DNA from: an uncultured Gemmataceae bacterium
Lineage (GTDB): Bacteria; Planctomycetota; Planctomycetia; Gemmatales; Gemmataceae
Direction of reading: 5' to 3'
Length of the DNA: 64,000 nt
Assembly (NCBI GenBank): GCA_963750165.1
Contig: CAVVPN010000012.1
Location: 928,001-992,000 of the forward strand
Shown in pieces: positions 17,478 through 26,910 of the stretch (its first letter is position 1; each line of letters starts with the position of its first letter). A program made the translations under genes and the position numbers. The notes under the pieces are model-generated. The model did not search any database. It had not been told where the DNA came from and saw only the letters and a program-made list of their open reading frames with translations.

Positions 17478-19538
17478 ATGAATCGGTTCATCTCTCGCGC
17501 CGCCGTCCTGTTCGCCGGAATCCTGCTGGCCGGGCCGGTAGCTCCGAGCTGGGCTCAGAAACCACCGCCGCCCGTCAAGCCGAACCCGCTGGCCCCCGCC
17601 CTCACGACGGTTTCGCCGCCGGGCGCCCAGCGCGGCGCCACGGTGGAAGTCGTCCTGACCGGCAGCAACCTGGCCAACCCAACCGGTGTGCTGGCGAGCT
17701 TTCCCGGGACGATCACCATCCCGACCGACAACAAGAATGGCACCGAGGCGAACAAGCTCCGCGTCCAGTTGCAAGTGCCCGCGAATGCACCACTCGGCTA
17801 TCATACGTTACGGTTGGCGACCACGAAGGGGATGTCGAATTTCCGCCTCTTCTGCGTTGATGACCTGCCCCCGGTTACCTCCGCCGGGACAAACCGTGAC
17901 TTCACGAAGGCGCAGCCGTTGCCGCTGCCCTGTGTGGTGACCGGCACGCTGACGGTGGAGCAAGGGGATTACTACAAGATCACCGTCCAGGCTGGCCAGC
18001 GCTTATCCTTTGACGTACTGGGCCGGCGACTTGGTTCCGTAATCGATCCGCAAATTTCCATTTATCACTCCCAAACGAAACGTGAGTTGGCCCATGAAAA
18101 CGATTCGCCCGGCTGCCAGAACGACCCCCGGCTGAGCTACACCTTCAAGGACGCCGGCGACTACATCATTGAGGTCAAGGACACGCTCTTCCGCGGCGGC
18201 GCCGACTATGTGTATCGGCTGCGCGTTGGTGACTTCCCGCTGGCGACGACCGCGCTGCCGCTGGCGGCGAAGCGCGGCAGCAAGGTGGACGTTCACTTCT
18301 CTGGGCCGCAGGTCGCGGGTGTCGCGTCGGTCGCGGTTGCGGTGCCGACCGACCCCCGGGTCAACGTCCTCTGGGTGGCGCCGAAAGGCCCGAGCGGCCT
18401 GCACGGCTGGCCAGTGGCCCTGACGGTCAGCGATTTCGACGAGGTGCTGGAGCGCGAGCCGAACGACGAACCGGCCAAGGCCCAGCGGCTCACGGTGCCG
18501 GTCGGCGTGACCGGCCGCTTCCTGTCTGCGAAGCCCGGCGCGGCCGCCAGCCCCGACGTGGATTACTACATCTTCGGTGCCAAAAAGGGGCAGAAATTGC
18601 TGATCGAGGCCCAGACGCTGGAGCACTACTCACCGTCGCTGGTGTACATGCTGCTGAAGAACGCCAAGGGGGCGGAGATCGGCAAGACCAACCCGCAGGC
18701 GGTGCCGCCGCTGGACCAGCGCATCGAGTTCACCGCGGCGGAGGACGGCGACTACACGCTGGAAGTGCAGCACCTGAACTACCTCGTCGGCCCGAACGAG
18801 GTCTACCGCGTGACGGTGACGCCGAGCGAACCCAGCTTCGATGTGACGCTGGGCATCGACCGCTACGACGTGCCGGCCGGCGGCACGCTGGCGCTGCCGC
18901 TGATCGTCAACCGTCGCGGTTTCACCGGGCCGATTGAGGTCAGAACGGTCGGCGGCAAGGGGCTGTCCGGTCAGGTGACCGTGGCCGCCAACAAGCCGCC
19001 GCAGCCGAACCAGATCGGCGCCATGCTGGTGGTGAAGGTGGATCGCTCCACGCCGATCGGGCCGCAGCTCATCACGCTGGAGTGCCAGGCGGACATCAAC
19101 GGCAAGAAGGTGAAGCAGTACGTCAACCTGCGGACGCTGGTGAAGCAGTCGCTCGCCGGCCTGCCGTTCCCGCCGAATAACTGGTCGTCGGACGTGGCCG
19201 TTGCCATCACCGAGGCGGCGCCGTTCGAGGTACTGGTGGAGGGCGCGCCGCTGACGCTGACGCCCGGCGGCAAGGCGAAGATCAAGATCGTGACGGCCCG
19301 CGTCGCTGGCTATGACGGCCCCGTCGCGGTAGAGCTGCGTAACCTGCCGGTGAACGTGACCGCGACCAGGGGCGTCATCGACAAGGGCAAGAACGTATTG
19401 GAGGTGGAGGTGACCGCCAACGCCAAGGCCGCGGTGGGGAATTTCCAGGGTGTGGTCATTCACGGCACCGCGACCGGCCGCAATAATTTACAGGGCGCGT
19501 CGCCACCGTTCGTGATCTCGATCAAGAAGGCGAAGTGA
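17478..19538 (+). CDS. Secreted PPC (pre-peptidase C-terminal) repeat protein
   Basis: Signal peptide; PPGAQRG, EREPND, DVDYY motifs. Confidence 0.8.
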   Translation: MNRFISRAAVLFAGILLAGPVAPSWAQKPPPPVKPNPLAPALTTVSPPGAQRGATVEVVLTGSNLANPTGVLASFPGTITIPTDNKNGTEANKLRVQLQVPANAPLGYHTLRLATTKGMSNFRLFCVDDLPPVTSAGTNRDFTKAQPLPLPCVVTGTLTVEQGDYYKITVQAGQRLSFDVLGRRLGSVIDPQISIYHSQTKRELAHENDSPGCQNDPRLSYTFKDAGDYIIEVKDTLFRGGADYVYRLRVGDFPLATTALPLAAKRGSKVDVHFSGPQVAGVASVAVAVPTDPRVNVLWVAPKGPSGLHGWPVALTVSDFDEVLEREPNDEPAKAQRLTVPVGVTGRFLSAKPGAAASPDVDYYIFGAKKGQKLLIEAQTLEHYSPSLVYMLLKNAKGAEIGKTNPQAVPPLDQRIEFTAAEDGDYTLEVQHLNYLVGPNEVYRVTVTPSEPSFDVTLGIDRYDVPAGGTLALPLIVNRRGFTGPIEVRTVGGKGLSGQVTVAANKPPQPNQIGAMLVVKVDRSTPIGPQLITLECQADINGKKVKQYVNLRTLVKQSLAGLPFPPNNWSSDVAVAITEAAPFEVLVEGAPLTLTPGGKAKIKIVTARVAGYDGPVAVELRNLPVNVTATRGVIDKGKNVLEVEVTANAKAAVGNFQGVVIHGTATGRNNLQGASPPFVISIKKAK

Positions 19539-19548
19539 GGAGGAGCGC

Positions 19549-20106
19549 ATGAATCTCTTCGATAAGTTCCCGCAGGGCCTGGCGTACGTGGACTTCATCC
19601 AGAGGTACGCGACCGATGTGCAGAAGCAGCGCTGGCAGCAAACGTTCGAGCAGTTGAAGTTGACGGACGCTCAGCGGGCGTTGCTGGCGTCGTTCACGCG
19701 GCGGATGAACGTGCTGTGCCTGGCGGGCGCCTGGTGCGGCGACTGCATCAACCAGTGCCCGAATTTCGAGCGCTTCGCCCAGGCGGCGCCGGTGCTGGCG
19801 GTGCGTTACCTCGACCGCGACGAGCACGCCGACGCGCAGCGCGCGTTGCAGATCAACGGCGGCAATCGCGTGCCGGTGGTGGTGTTCTTCAGCGAGGACG
19901 GCCAGGAAGTGGCCCGCTACGGCGAGCGCACGCTGAGCAAGTATCGGCAGCTGATGCGCGACCAGGCCGGCGACAGCTGCCCGACCGGCCTGGCGGTGCC
20001 GGGCGACCTGGCGGCGCAGGTGACGCAGGACTGGCTGAACGAGTTCGAGCGCGTGCAGTGGCTGCTGCGACTGTCGCCGCGGCTGCGGCAGAAGTATGGC
20101 GATTGA
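19549..20106 (+). CDS. Thioredoxin-family protein
   Basis: WCGDC; NGGNRVP. Confidence 0.85.
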   Translation: MNLFDKFPQGLAYVDFIQRYATDVQKQRWQQTFEQLKLTDAQRALLASFTRRMNVLCLAGAWCGDCINQCPNFERFAQAAPVLAVRYLDRDEHADAQRALQINGGNRVPVVVFFSEDGQEVARYGERTLSKYRQLMRDQAGDSCPTGLAVPGDLAAQVTQDWLNEFERVQWLLRLSPRLRQKYGD

Positions 20107-20118
20107 TCGAGGGAACCC

Positions 20119-21186
20119 ATGAAACGCTGCCTTTCCCTCGCCCTGCTGCTGTTGGCCGCCCCTGGGCTGGGTGCCCAGCCCGCGTACCCGCCGCCGGCGG
20201 AGGTGCGGGCCGCGTTCAAGAAGTTGCTCGACCGGCCGAAGGTGGACCTGGACGTGAAGGCTGGCCCCGTCAAGCAGGACGGGGACCTGAACGTCGTCTC
20301 CTACAGTTTCGCCTCCGAAAAGAAGGCGGACGGGACCACCGAGCGCGTGCCCGCGCTGGTCGTTTGGCCGAAGGGCGTCACGGGCAAGCTGCCGGTGGTG
20401 ATCTGCCTGCACGGCACCGGCGGCACCAAGGAAGGCCAGATGGGTTTCATGCGTGAGCTGGCGAAGCGCGGCATTGCCGGCGTGGCCATCGACGGCCGCT
20501 ACCACGGCGCGCGGAAGACTGGCAAGGGCACTGCGGAATACAACGCCGCCATCATCCGCGCCTGGCGGACCAAACCCGGCGAACCGATGGAGCATCCGTT
20601 CTACTACGACACCGTCTGGGACGTGTGGCGCACGGTCGATTTCGTGAAAACGCTGCCGTTCCTTGACGGCGGCCGCGTCGGTCTGATCGGCTTCAGCAAG
20701 GGCGGCGTCGAAACCTGGCTGGCGGCGGCGGCGGACGAGCGGATCAAGGTCGCGGTGCCGGCCATCGGCGTGCAGAGCTTTCGCTGGAGCCTCGACAACG
20801 ACAAATGGCAGGGCCGCGCCAACACCATCAAGGCCGCGCACCAGGCCGCCGCCGCGGACCTCGGCGAGAAGGCGGTCAATCAAAAGGTGTGCCGGGCGTT
20901 GTGGAACAAGATTCTGCCCGGCATCCTCGACCAGTTCGACGGCCCGAGCATGCTGCGGCTGTTCGCGGGACGGGCGCTGCTGATCCTCAACGGCGAAAAG
21001 GATGGGAATTGTCCGCTGGGCGGCGCCAAACTGGCGTTTGCGGCGGCGGAGAAGGCGTTCCGGGACGCGGGCACGCCGGAGCGACTGCGGATCATCGTGG
21101 AGCCCGTCGGCCACGCGGTCACGCCGGCGCAGCGGCAGGCGGCGCTGGACTGGTTCGTGCGCTGGTTGAAGGAGAAGGCGAAATAA
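20119..21186 (+). CDS. Secreted alpha/beta hydrolase
   Basis: Signal peptide, HGTGG, GFSKGG nucleophile elbow, C-terminal GH. Confidence 0.85.
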   Translation: MKRCLSLALLLLAAPGLGAQPAYPPPAEVRAAFKKLLDRPKVDLDVKAGPVKQDGDLNVVSYSFASEKKADGTTERVPALVVWPKGVTGKLPVVICLHGTGGTKEGQMGFMRELAKRGIAGVAIDGRYHGARKTGKGTAEYNAAIIRAWRTKPGEPMEHPFYYDTVWDVWRTVDFVKTLPFLDGGRVGLIGFSKGGVETWLAAAADERIKVAVPAIGVQSFRWSLDNDKWQGRANTIKAAHQAAAADLGEKAVNQKVCRALWNKILPGILDQFDGPSMLRLFAGRALLILNGEKDGNCPLGGAKLAFAAAEKAFRDAGTPERLRIIVEPVGHAVTPAQRQAALDWFVRWLKEKAK

Positions 21187-21191
21187 CCGGG

Positions 21192-21737
21192 CTAGCGCTC
21201 CCCGAGCTTCAGGTCCGTCTTGCCGCCCAATTTCACGAACACCTGCAACGCGAAGTCGCCCAGGTCGCTGCCGAAGCCCAGAATCAGGCACTCCCGGCCC
21301 GGCGTGACGCGGATGTCCTTGTGGACGCCGGCGATGACCGTCGGCGTGGAGAAGTAGAAGTGGTAGGGCGTCTCGGCCAGCAGCGCCTTGGCCTGGCCGG
21401 CGACCACGTTGGCGACCTCGCCGAGACAGTCGTACTGCATGGCCTGTTCCCGGGCCTCCGGCAGTCCGGCGAGCACGCGCTCGGCCAGGGCCTGGGCGGT
21501 CGGCTGATCGAAGCCGAGCACCAGCGACCGGACGATGCCGGACAGCCGCAAGGCCGCCGACACCTCGCCAAGCGTTGTCGGTTCCGGCTTCCAGAAGGCG
21601 CCGCGCGGCGTCACCTCCAGGCACGCCATCTCGGCGAAGGTGTGGGTGACGGCTTCGGTGAACGGCCCCACCAGCTGTTGCTTGACCTCCGCGGGGACAG
21701 GCTGCGCCCCCGCCGCGGCCGCGGCCAGGATGTCCAA
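21192..21737 (-). CDS. cheX: Chemotaxis phosphatase CheX
   Basis: DCLGEVANVVAG and STPTVIAG; last gene of the che cluster. Confidence 0.85.
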   Translation of the reverse strand: MDILAAAAAGAQPVPAEVKQQLVGPFTEAVTHTFAEMACLEVTPRGAFWKPEPTTLGEVSAALRLSGIVRSLVLGFDQPTAQALAERVLAGLPEAREQAMQYDCLGEVANVVAGQAKALLAETPYHFYFSTPTVIAGVHKDIRVTPGRECLILGFGSDLGDFALQVFVKLGGKTDLKLGER

Positions 21738-21770
21738 GGTCGGCTCCTTACGCAGGGAATCCGTGGCGAT

Positions 21771-22586
21771 TCAACGGACGAGCTGATAATACCCCGATTT
21801 GACGTGCTCCGCGCGCTGGAAGGAGTCGTCGAGGTTGAACGTCGTTTCCGCGCTGCCCAGCAGCAGATAGCCGTCCGGCCGCAACTGCCGTGCCAGCCGG
21901 CCCAGAATGGTTTTCTTCGTCGCCACGTCGAAATAGATCATGACGTTACGGATCAGCGACAGGTCCATGCGCGGCAGCACCGGCCAGACCTGGGCCAGGT
22001 TGATCTCCTGGAACTGCACCATGGCGCGGATGTTTGGGTTGAGCTGCCAGTGGGTGCCGTGCTGGCGAAAGTACTTGACCAGCAGCGCCGCGGGCAGGCC
22101 GCGGTTGACCTCGATCTGGCTGAAGCAGGCCTGCCGCGCCCGCTCCAGCACCTCGCGCGACAGGTCGCTGGCCACGATGGTGACGCTCCAGTGGGCCAGT
22201 TCGGGGAAGTATTCCCGGATCAGGATGGCGAGGCTGTACGGTTCCTGGCCGGTCGAGCAGCCGGCGCACCAGAAGTGCAGACGGCGCTCCTCCCGGCGGC
22301 GCTTCATCAGGTCCGGCAGCACACTCTTGCGCAGCGCCTCCCACGGGTGGTGATCGCGGAAGAACGAGGTCTCGGTGGTGACCATCGCCTCCACGATGCG
22401 TGTGCTGAGCCCCGCGGAGGGTTGCGTTCGCAACTGCCCAACCAGATCCTCAATCGACTTCAGGTTCAATTGCCGCACCACGGGCGTCAGCCGGGTTTCG
22501 ACGAGGTATTCCTTTCCCGCCTCCAGGGTAATCGCACTACGTTCCTGGAGCAGTTTGCAAATGAAGTCGAAATCCTGTTCCGTCAT
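21771..22586 (-). CDS. cheR: Chemotaxis methyltransferase
   Basis: TTETSFFRD, CSTGQEPYS, RNVMIYF. Confidence 0.95.
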   Translation of the reverse strand: MTEQDFDFICKLLQERSAITLEAGKEYLVETRLTPVVRQLNLKSIEDLVGQLRTQPSAGLSTRIVEAMVTTETSFFRDHHPWEALRKSVLPDLMKRRREERRLHFWCAGCSTGQEPYSLAILIREYFPELAHWSVTIVASDLSREVLERARQACFSQIEVNRGLPAALLVKYFRQHGTHWQLNPNIRAMVQFQEINLAQVWPVLPRMDLSLIRNVMIYFDVATKKTILGRLARQLRPDGYLLLGSAETTFNLDDSFQRAEHVKSGYYQLVR

Positions 22587-22884
22587 GCCATCCACCTTGA
22601 GCGTCTTGGAGAGGGGCGGTTGAAGTTGCAGTTCACCAGCGGCTGGCATGGTTCGGTTCCCACGGAGTAAGGTGACTGGAAACGGCGCTCCCAGGTGTTT
22701 TGCCCCCGGCGGCTTCCTCTCCAGGGACAGAATTTGGTGTTAACCATTAACACCGGCGCCTCCTCGTGGTTCTGGTTCGCCCCCTGGTGGGGTTTGGGCT
22801 GACCGGCTCGACGCACTCAACACCCGCCGCCGCAATGGCTTCGACGAATAATTAAATTTTCATCATCTTGCGCATTGTCCTGGG

Positions 22885-23949
22885 TTATTTTACGCGGTGC
22901 AGAATCTCCTCGGCAATGTGAGAAATGGGCAATACCTGATCGGCCAGGCCAGCGCGGATGACGTTGCCGGGCATGCCCCAGACCACCGAGGTGGCCTCGT
23001 CCTGGGCCAAAACCTGGCCGCCGGCCTCGCGCACCGCCTCGCAGCCGCGCAGGCCGTCCTGGCCCATGCCGGTCAGGATGATGGCCAGCGCCGCCGTTCC
23101 GAACGTCTGGGCCACGGAACGAAAGAGCACATCCACCGCGGGCCGGCAGGAATTCTGCGGTGGGTCCTGGTGCAGCAACAGCCGTGCCTGTGGGCCGTTG
23201 CGGACGACGATCATGTGGTAGTCCCCGGGGGCGATCCAGACCTGGCCGGGCTGCAGCGCCGCCCCGGAGGTGCCCTCCTTGACGGCCAGCCCGAACTGGG
23301 CCGACATCCGCTCCGCCATCAACCGCGTGAACATCGGCGGCATGTGTTGTACTACCACGACCGGCACGGAAAGGTTTTTCGGCAGCCGCGAAAAGACCTC
23401 CGCCAGGGCGTTGGGGCCGCCGGTTGAGGCGCCGATGGCGACCACCTCCGCGTGTCGGGGGGCCGGGCCCCCGGCCGCACCGGCCGGCGTAGCCGCCTGG
23501 CTGCGGACGACCTTCTTGATCGCGCGCGTGTCGCGGCTGGCGGCGGCGTGCAGGGCCTTGATCTCCGGGATCAGCTGCTCGCGGATGACCGCCAGCGAAC
23601 CGTCCACACTGTGCGTGCCGGACGGCTTGGTGAAGTAGTCGGTGGCGCCCATCGCCAGGGCGTCGAGCGTCGCGGCGGCGCCGCGCTCCGTCAGGCTGCT
23701 GAACATGATGACCGGCAGCCGCGGATAACTGCGGCGCAGCTCGCCGAGCGTGGCCAAACCGTCCATCTCCGGCATTTCAAAGTCGAGGATGATGACATCG
23801 GGTTTGGCCTGGGCCATCTTGGCCAGGGCGATGCGGCCGTTGGCGGCGGTGCCGGCGACCTCCAGCTCCGGGTCGCGGGCCAGTTCGTCGGCCACAAGGC
23901 GGCGGAACACCACGGCGTCGTCCACGACCAGCACGCGGATCTTCCCCAT
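22885..23949 (-). CDS. cheB: Chemotaxis methylesterase
   Basis: REC domain plus GASTGGP, QHMP, LTGMGQDG. Confidence 0.95.
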   Translation of the reverse strand: MGKIRVLVVDDAVVFRRLVADELARDPELEVAGTAANGRIALAKMAQAKPDVIILDFEMPEMDGLATLGELRRSYPRLPVIMFSSLTERGAAATLDALAMGATDYFTKPSGTHSVDGSLAVIREQLIPEIKALHAAASRDTRAIKKVVRSQAATPAGAAGGPAPRHAEVVAIGASTGGPNALAEVFSRLPKNLSVPVVVVQHMPPMFTRLMAERMSAQFGLAVKEGTSGAALQPGQVWIAPGDYHMIVVRNGPQARLLLHQDPPQNSCRPAVDVLFRSVAQTFGTAALAIILTGMGQDGLRGCEAVREAGGQVLAQDEATSVVWGMPGNVIRAGLADQVLPISHIAEEILHRVK

Positions 23950-23954
23950 GACGG

Positions 23955-24326
23955 TTACTCCCGGACCACGTCCAGCAGATTGAGCTTGGCCACGAGCACG
24001 TCCTTGGTGAACGGCTTCATGAGGTATTCGTCGGCCCCGGCCTCCAGCGCCATTTTAACCTGGGCGGTCTCGGCTTCCGAGGTGACCATGAGGATGCGCA
24101 CACCGCGATAGGTCGGGTCGGCGCGCACCGCCTTGATAAACTCCAGGCCATTCATCGCCGGCATGTTCCAATCCACCAGCAGCAACTCGACCGCCGGCGA
24201 CCGCTGCAACACCTCCAGCGCCTCCAGGCCGTTGGCGGCCTGGAGCACGGACATGCCCATCTCCTTGAGGATGTTGCTGATGATGGACCGGGCCGCCCGG
24301 GAGTCATCGATCACGAGCGCGAGCAT
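23955..24326 (-). CDS. cheY: Single-domain response regulator
   Basis: IDDS, DWNMP, KPF. Confidence 0.9.
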   Translation of the reverse strand: MLALVIDDSRAARSIISNILKEMGMSVLQAANGLEALEVLQRSPAVELLLVDWNMPAMNGLEFIKAVRADPTYRGVRILMVTSEAETAQVKMALEAGADEYLMKPFTKDVLVAKLNLLDVVRE

Positions 24327-24338
24327 AGCTTCCCCCGT

Positions 24339-24454
24339 GGTCAGAAGTGAGAAGTCAGAAGTCAGAAGTCAGAGTTGACCGTCTGTTCTGCCGTTTGCGG
24401 CTTAGCGCTCTTCCTGACTTCTGACTTCTGACTTCTCCCTTCTGACTTCTGACC
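24339..24454. repeat. Inverted heptamer tandem array (GTCAGAA)n...(TTCTGAC)n
   Basis: About 5 units per arm around a spacer, between the MCP gene and cheY. Confidence 0.85.
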
Positions 24455-24455
24455 T

Positions 24456-26226
24456 TTAGTACTTGAACTGCGCCACCAGCTTTTGCAGATCCTGGGCCAT
24501 GCGCGACAGTTCGTCGGCGGAGCCCTTGGTGTTGCTGGCCCCCTCGGTGGTGCTGCGGGCCGCCTGGGCCACGCCGATGATGTTCTGGGCGATCTCGTTG
24601 CTGCCGCTGCGCCGCCTCGGCGACGTTGCGGCTGATCTCGCCGGTCGTCGAGGTCTGCTCCTCGACGGCGCTGGCGATCGTGTTCTGAATATCGTTGATC
24701 TGGTTGATGATTTTGCCGATCTGGGCGATGGCGTCCACGGCCCCCTTGGTGTCGCCCTGAATGGCCTCGATTTTACGGCTGATGTCCTCGGTCGCCTTGG
24801 CGGTCTGCTTGGCCAGCTCCTTGACCTCATTGGCGACCACCGCGAAGCCCTTGCCCGCCTCGCCGGCACGGGCCGCCTCAATGGTCGCGTTCAACGCCAG
24901 CAGGTTCGTCTGCTGGGCGATGCTGGTGATGACCTTGATGACGTTGCCGATCTCGGCACTGCTCTCGCCCAGCTTGGCCACAATGGAGTTGGTGCGCTCC
25001 GCCACCTTGACGGCACTCGTCGCCACCTTGGCGGCCTCGTTGGCGTTCTTGGCGATCTCCTTGATGCTGACGCCCATCTCCTCGGCGCCCGTCGCCACCG
25101 TGCTGACGTTCTTGCTAACCTCCTCGGCGGCCGCCGAGGCAACGTTGGCCTGCGTCGCCGTCTCCTCGGCGGTGGCGGCCATTTGCTGGCTGACGGCGGT
25201 CAATTCACGGCTGGCGCGGGCCAGCGACTGGGCCGTCTGCGAGATGTTGTGGACGTTGCCGCGCAGGTTGCTGAAGAACTTGCCCAGGCCCTCGCCCAGC
25301 TGGCCCACCGGGTCCGCGCCCTTGACCGTCATCTCGCGCGTCAGTTCGCCGCGCGCCGCGGCATGCACCGCTTCCAGCAGTGCCTCAATGCGGGTGCGAA
25401 ACTCCTCCACCTGCTGCCGTTCGCTCTCGAACTCCGCCAGGCGCTCGCGCTCCTCCTCCAGCCGTTCGGTCGCCACCTCCCAGGTGGCCAGTGGGCCGAG
25501 GAAGTTCTCGTCCGCGTCGTAGACGGCGGTGAACTGCACGTCGAGCACCTCGGGGCCGAGGTGAACGTTGACGCGGGCCGGCAGGTTGCGCGGGTCGCTG
25601 AGCGGCCTGCGCTGCCCGGCCGTGCTGCGTGGGAACAGGTCGTTGAGCGATGCGCCCACCACCTCGTCCGCCCGAACCTCCAGGTGGCGCTCCAGACGGG
25701 CCAGGGCCGCCAGCGCGGCGGGGTTGGCGTAGGTGATGGTCAGGTCACAGTCGGCCAGCAACAGGTTGACCGGAGCACTGTTCAGGATCGCGGCTGCAGG
25801 GGACGGCTCCGCCGCGCCCTGCCCGGCTTCCTCCCAGTTGACCACAAAACCCAGCGGGGCGTCCTCGGGGCCGGGCACGGCGTTGATGCTGGCGCGGAGA
25901 GTGACGGTGCCGAAGCCCAGTACCGCCTGGTACGGCAGGGCCGCCGGGTTGCGCAGGGTGCGTTCCAGCTGGCGTTTGTCCTTGTGGAGCCGGGACAGTG
26001 GCGTGCCGACGACCTCTTCCGGCTCGACGCCGATGGCCTTGCGGAGTTCGCCTTCGAGGCCGCGCAGCGTGTCGAGGGCGTGCGCGTTGGCGAAGACAAT
26101 GGTGCCCTTGGCGTCGGTCAGGAACACGTTGGCCTGAACCGCGGCCAGGCTGGCGCGGAGGAACTCGGGCGAGTCCAGGCTGCCGTTCAGGCCGGGGGTG
26201 GCGCGACCTTTCGAGGCGTTGTCCAT
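24456..26226 (-). CDS. Cytoplasmic PAS-PAS methyl-accepting chemotaxis protein, frameshift near 24607
   Basis: [34 protein letters not shown]; no TM; C-terminus GSNEIAQNI...QFKY lies in another frame. Confidence 0.9.
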
Positions 26227-26280
26227 CGTTGCGGCTCCGTTGCCACCGCGGGTGGCGTCGTTCGCTGGGTGCTGTCTCGT

Positions 26281-26339
26281 CGAGCGGGGTCGCGTCAGCG
26301 CCCGTGGGCTTGCACGGGGCGCTGACGCGACCCCGCTCG
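26281..26339. repeat. REP-like palindrome
   Basis: cgagcggggtcgcgtcagcgccc...gggcgctgacgcgaccccgctcg. Confidence 0.8.
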
Positions 26340-26354
26340 TCGGCGCGGTTGGTA

Positions 26355-26813
26355 TTAAATCCGTAGTTCAAAGTCGTGCCCCTTCTCCGAAAGGTTCACG
26401 GTGCGCTCCGCGTCCAAAATGAGCAGCAGCCGGCCCGGCAACTTGTAGGCGCCGACGATCAGGTCGCGGGCCACGCCCTGCAACGTTTCAGGGGCCGGCT
26501 CGAACGCCCGCTCCGGCACCTCCAGCACATCGCCGATCTCATCGACCAGCAGGCTGACGGCGCCGTCGTCGGTCTGCACCACGACGTTGACCGGCAGCTG
26601 GTCGCCGGGCCGATCCTTCAACTCCAGGCGGCGGCGCAGGTCGATGGCGGTCACGATCTGGCCGCGCAGGTTGATGAGGCCGCGCACCACCGGCGGCGTC
26701 AGCGGCACCCGCGTCATCTCCTGGTAGCGGATGACCTCCTGGACCTTGAGCACGTCCAGCCCGAGGTAGTGGCCGTCCAGGTAAAACGTACAGTATTGCC
26801 GCTCGCCGGCCAT
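26355..26813 (-). CDS. cheW: Chemotaxis adaptor
   Basis: [24 protein letters not shown]. Confidence 0.95.
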   Translation of the reverse strand: MAGERQYCTFYLDGHYLGLDVLKVQEVIRYQEMTRVPLTPPVVRGLINLRGQIVTAIDLRRRLELKDRPGDQLPVNVVVQTDDGAVSLLVDEIGDVLEVPERAFEPAPETLQGVARDLIVGAYKLPGRLLLILDAERTVNLSEKGHDFELRI

Positions 26814-26833
26814 AGATGCTTGTACCTCTGTGT

Positions 26834-26910
26834 TCCGCCGCTTGCGGCTTGCGCGCTGCGACCCTTCTGACGTTAACTGGGTATCAGCGCGCTAAGCCAC
26901 AAGCGACGGA
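26834..26910. repeat. REP-like palindrome, CCGCTTGCGGCTT family
   Basis: Inverted arms overlapping the cheA 3' end; a fragment also occurs at ~24391. Confidence 0.75.
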
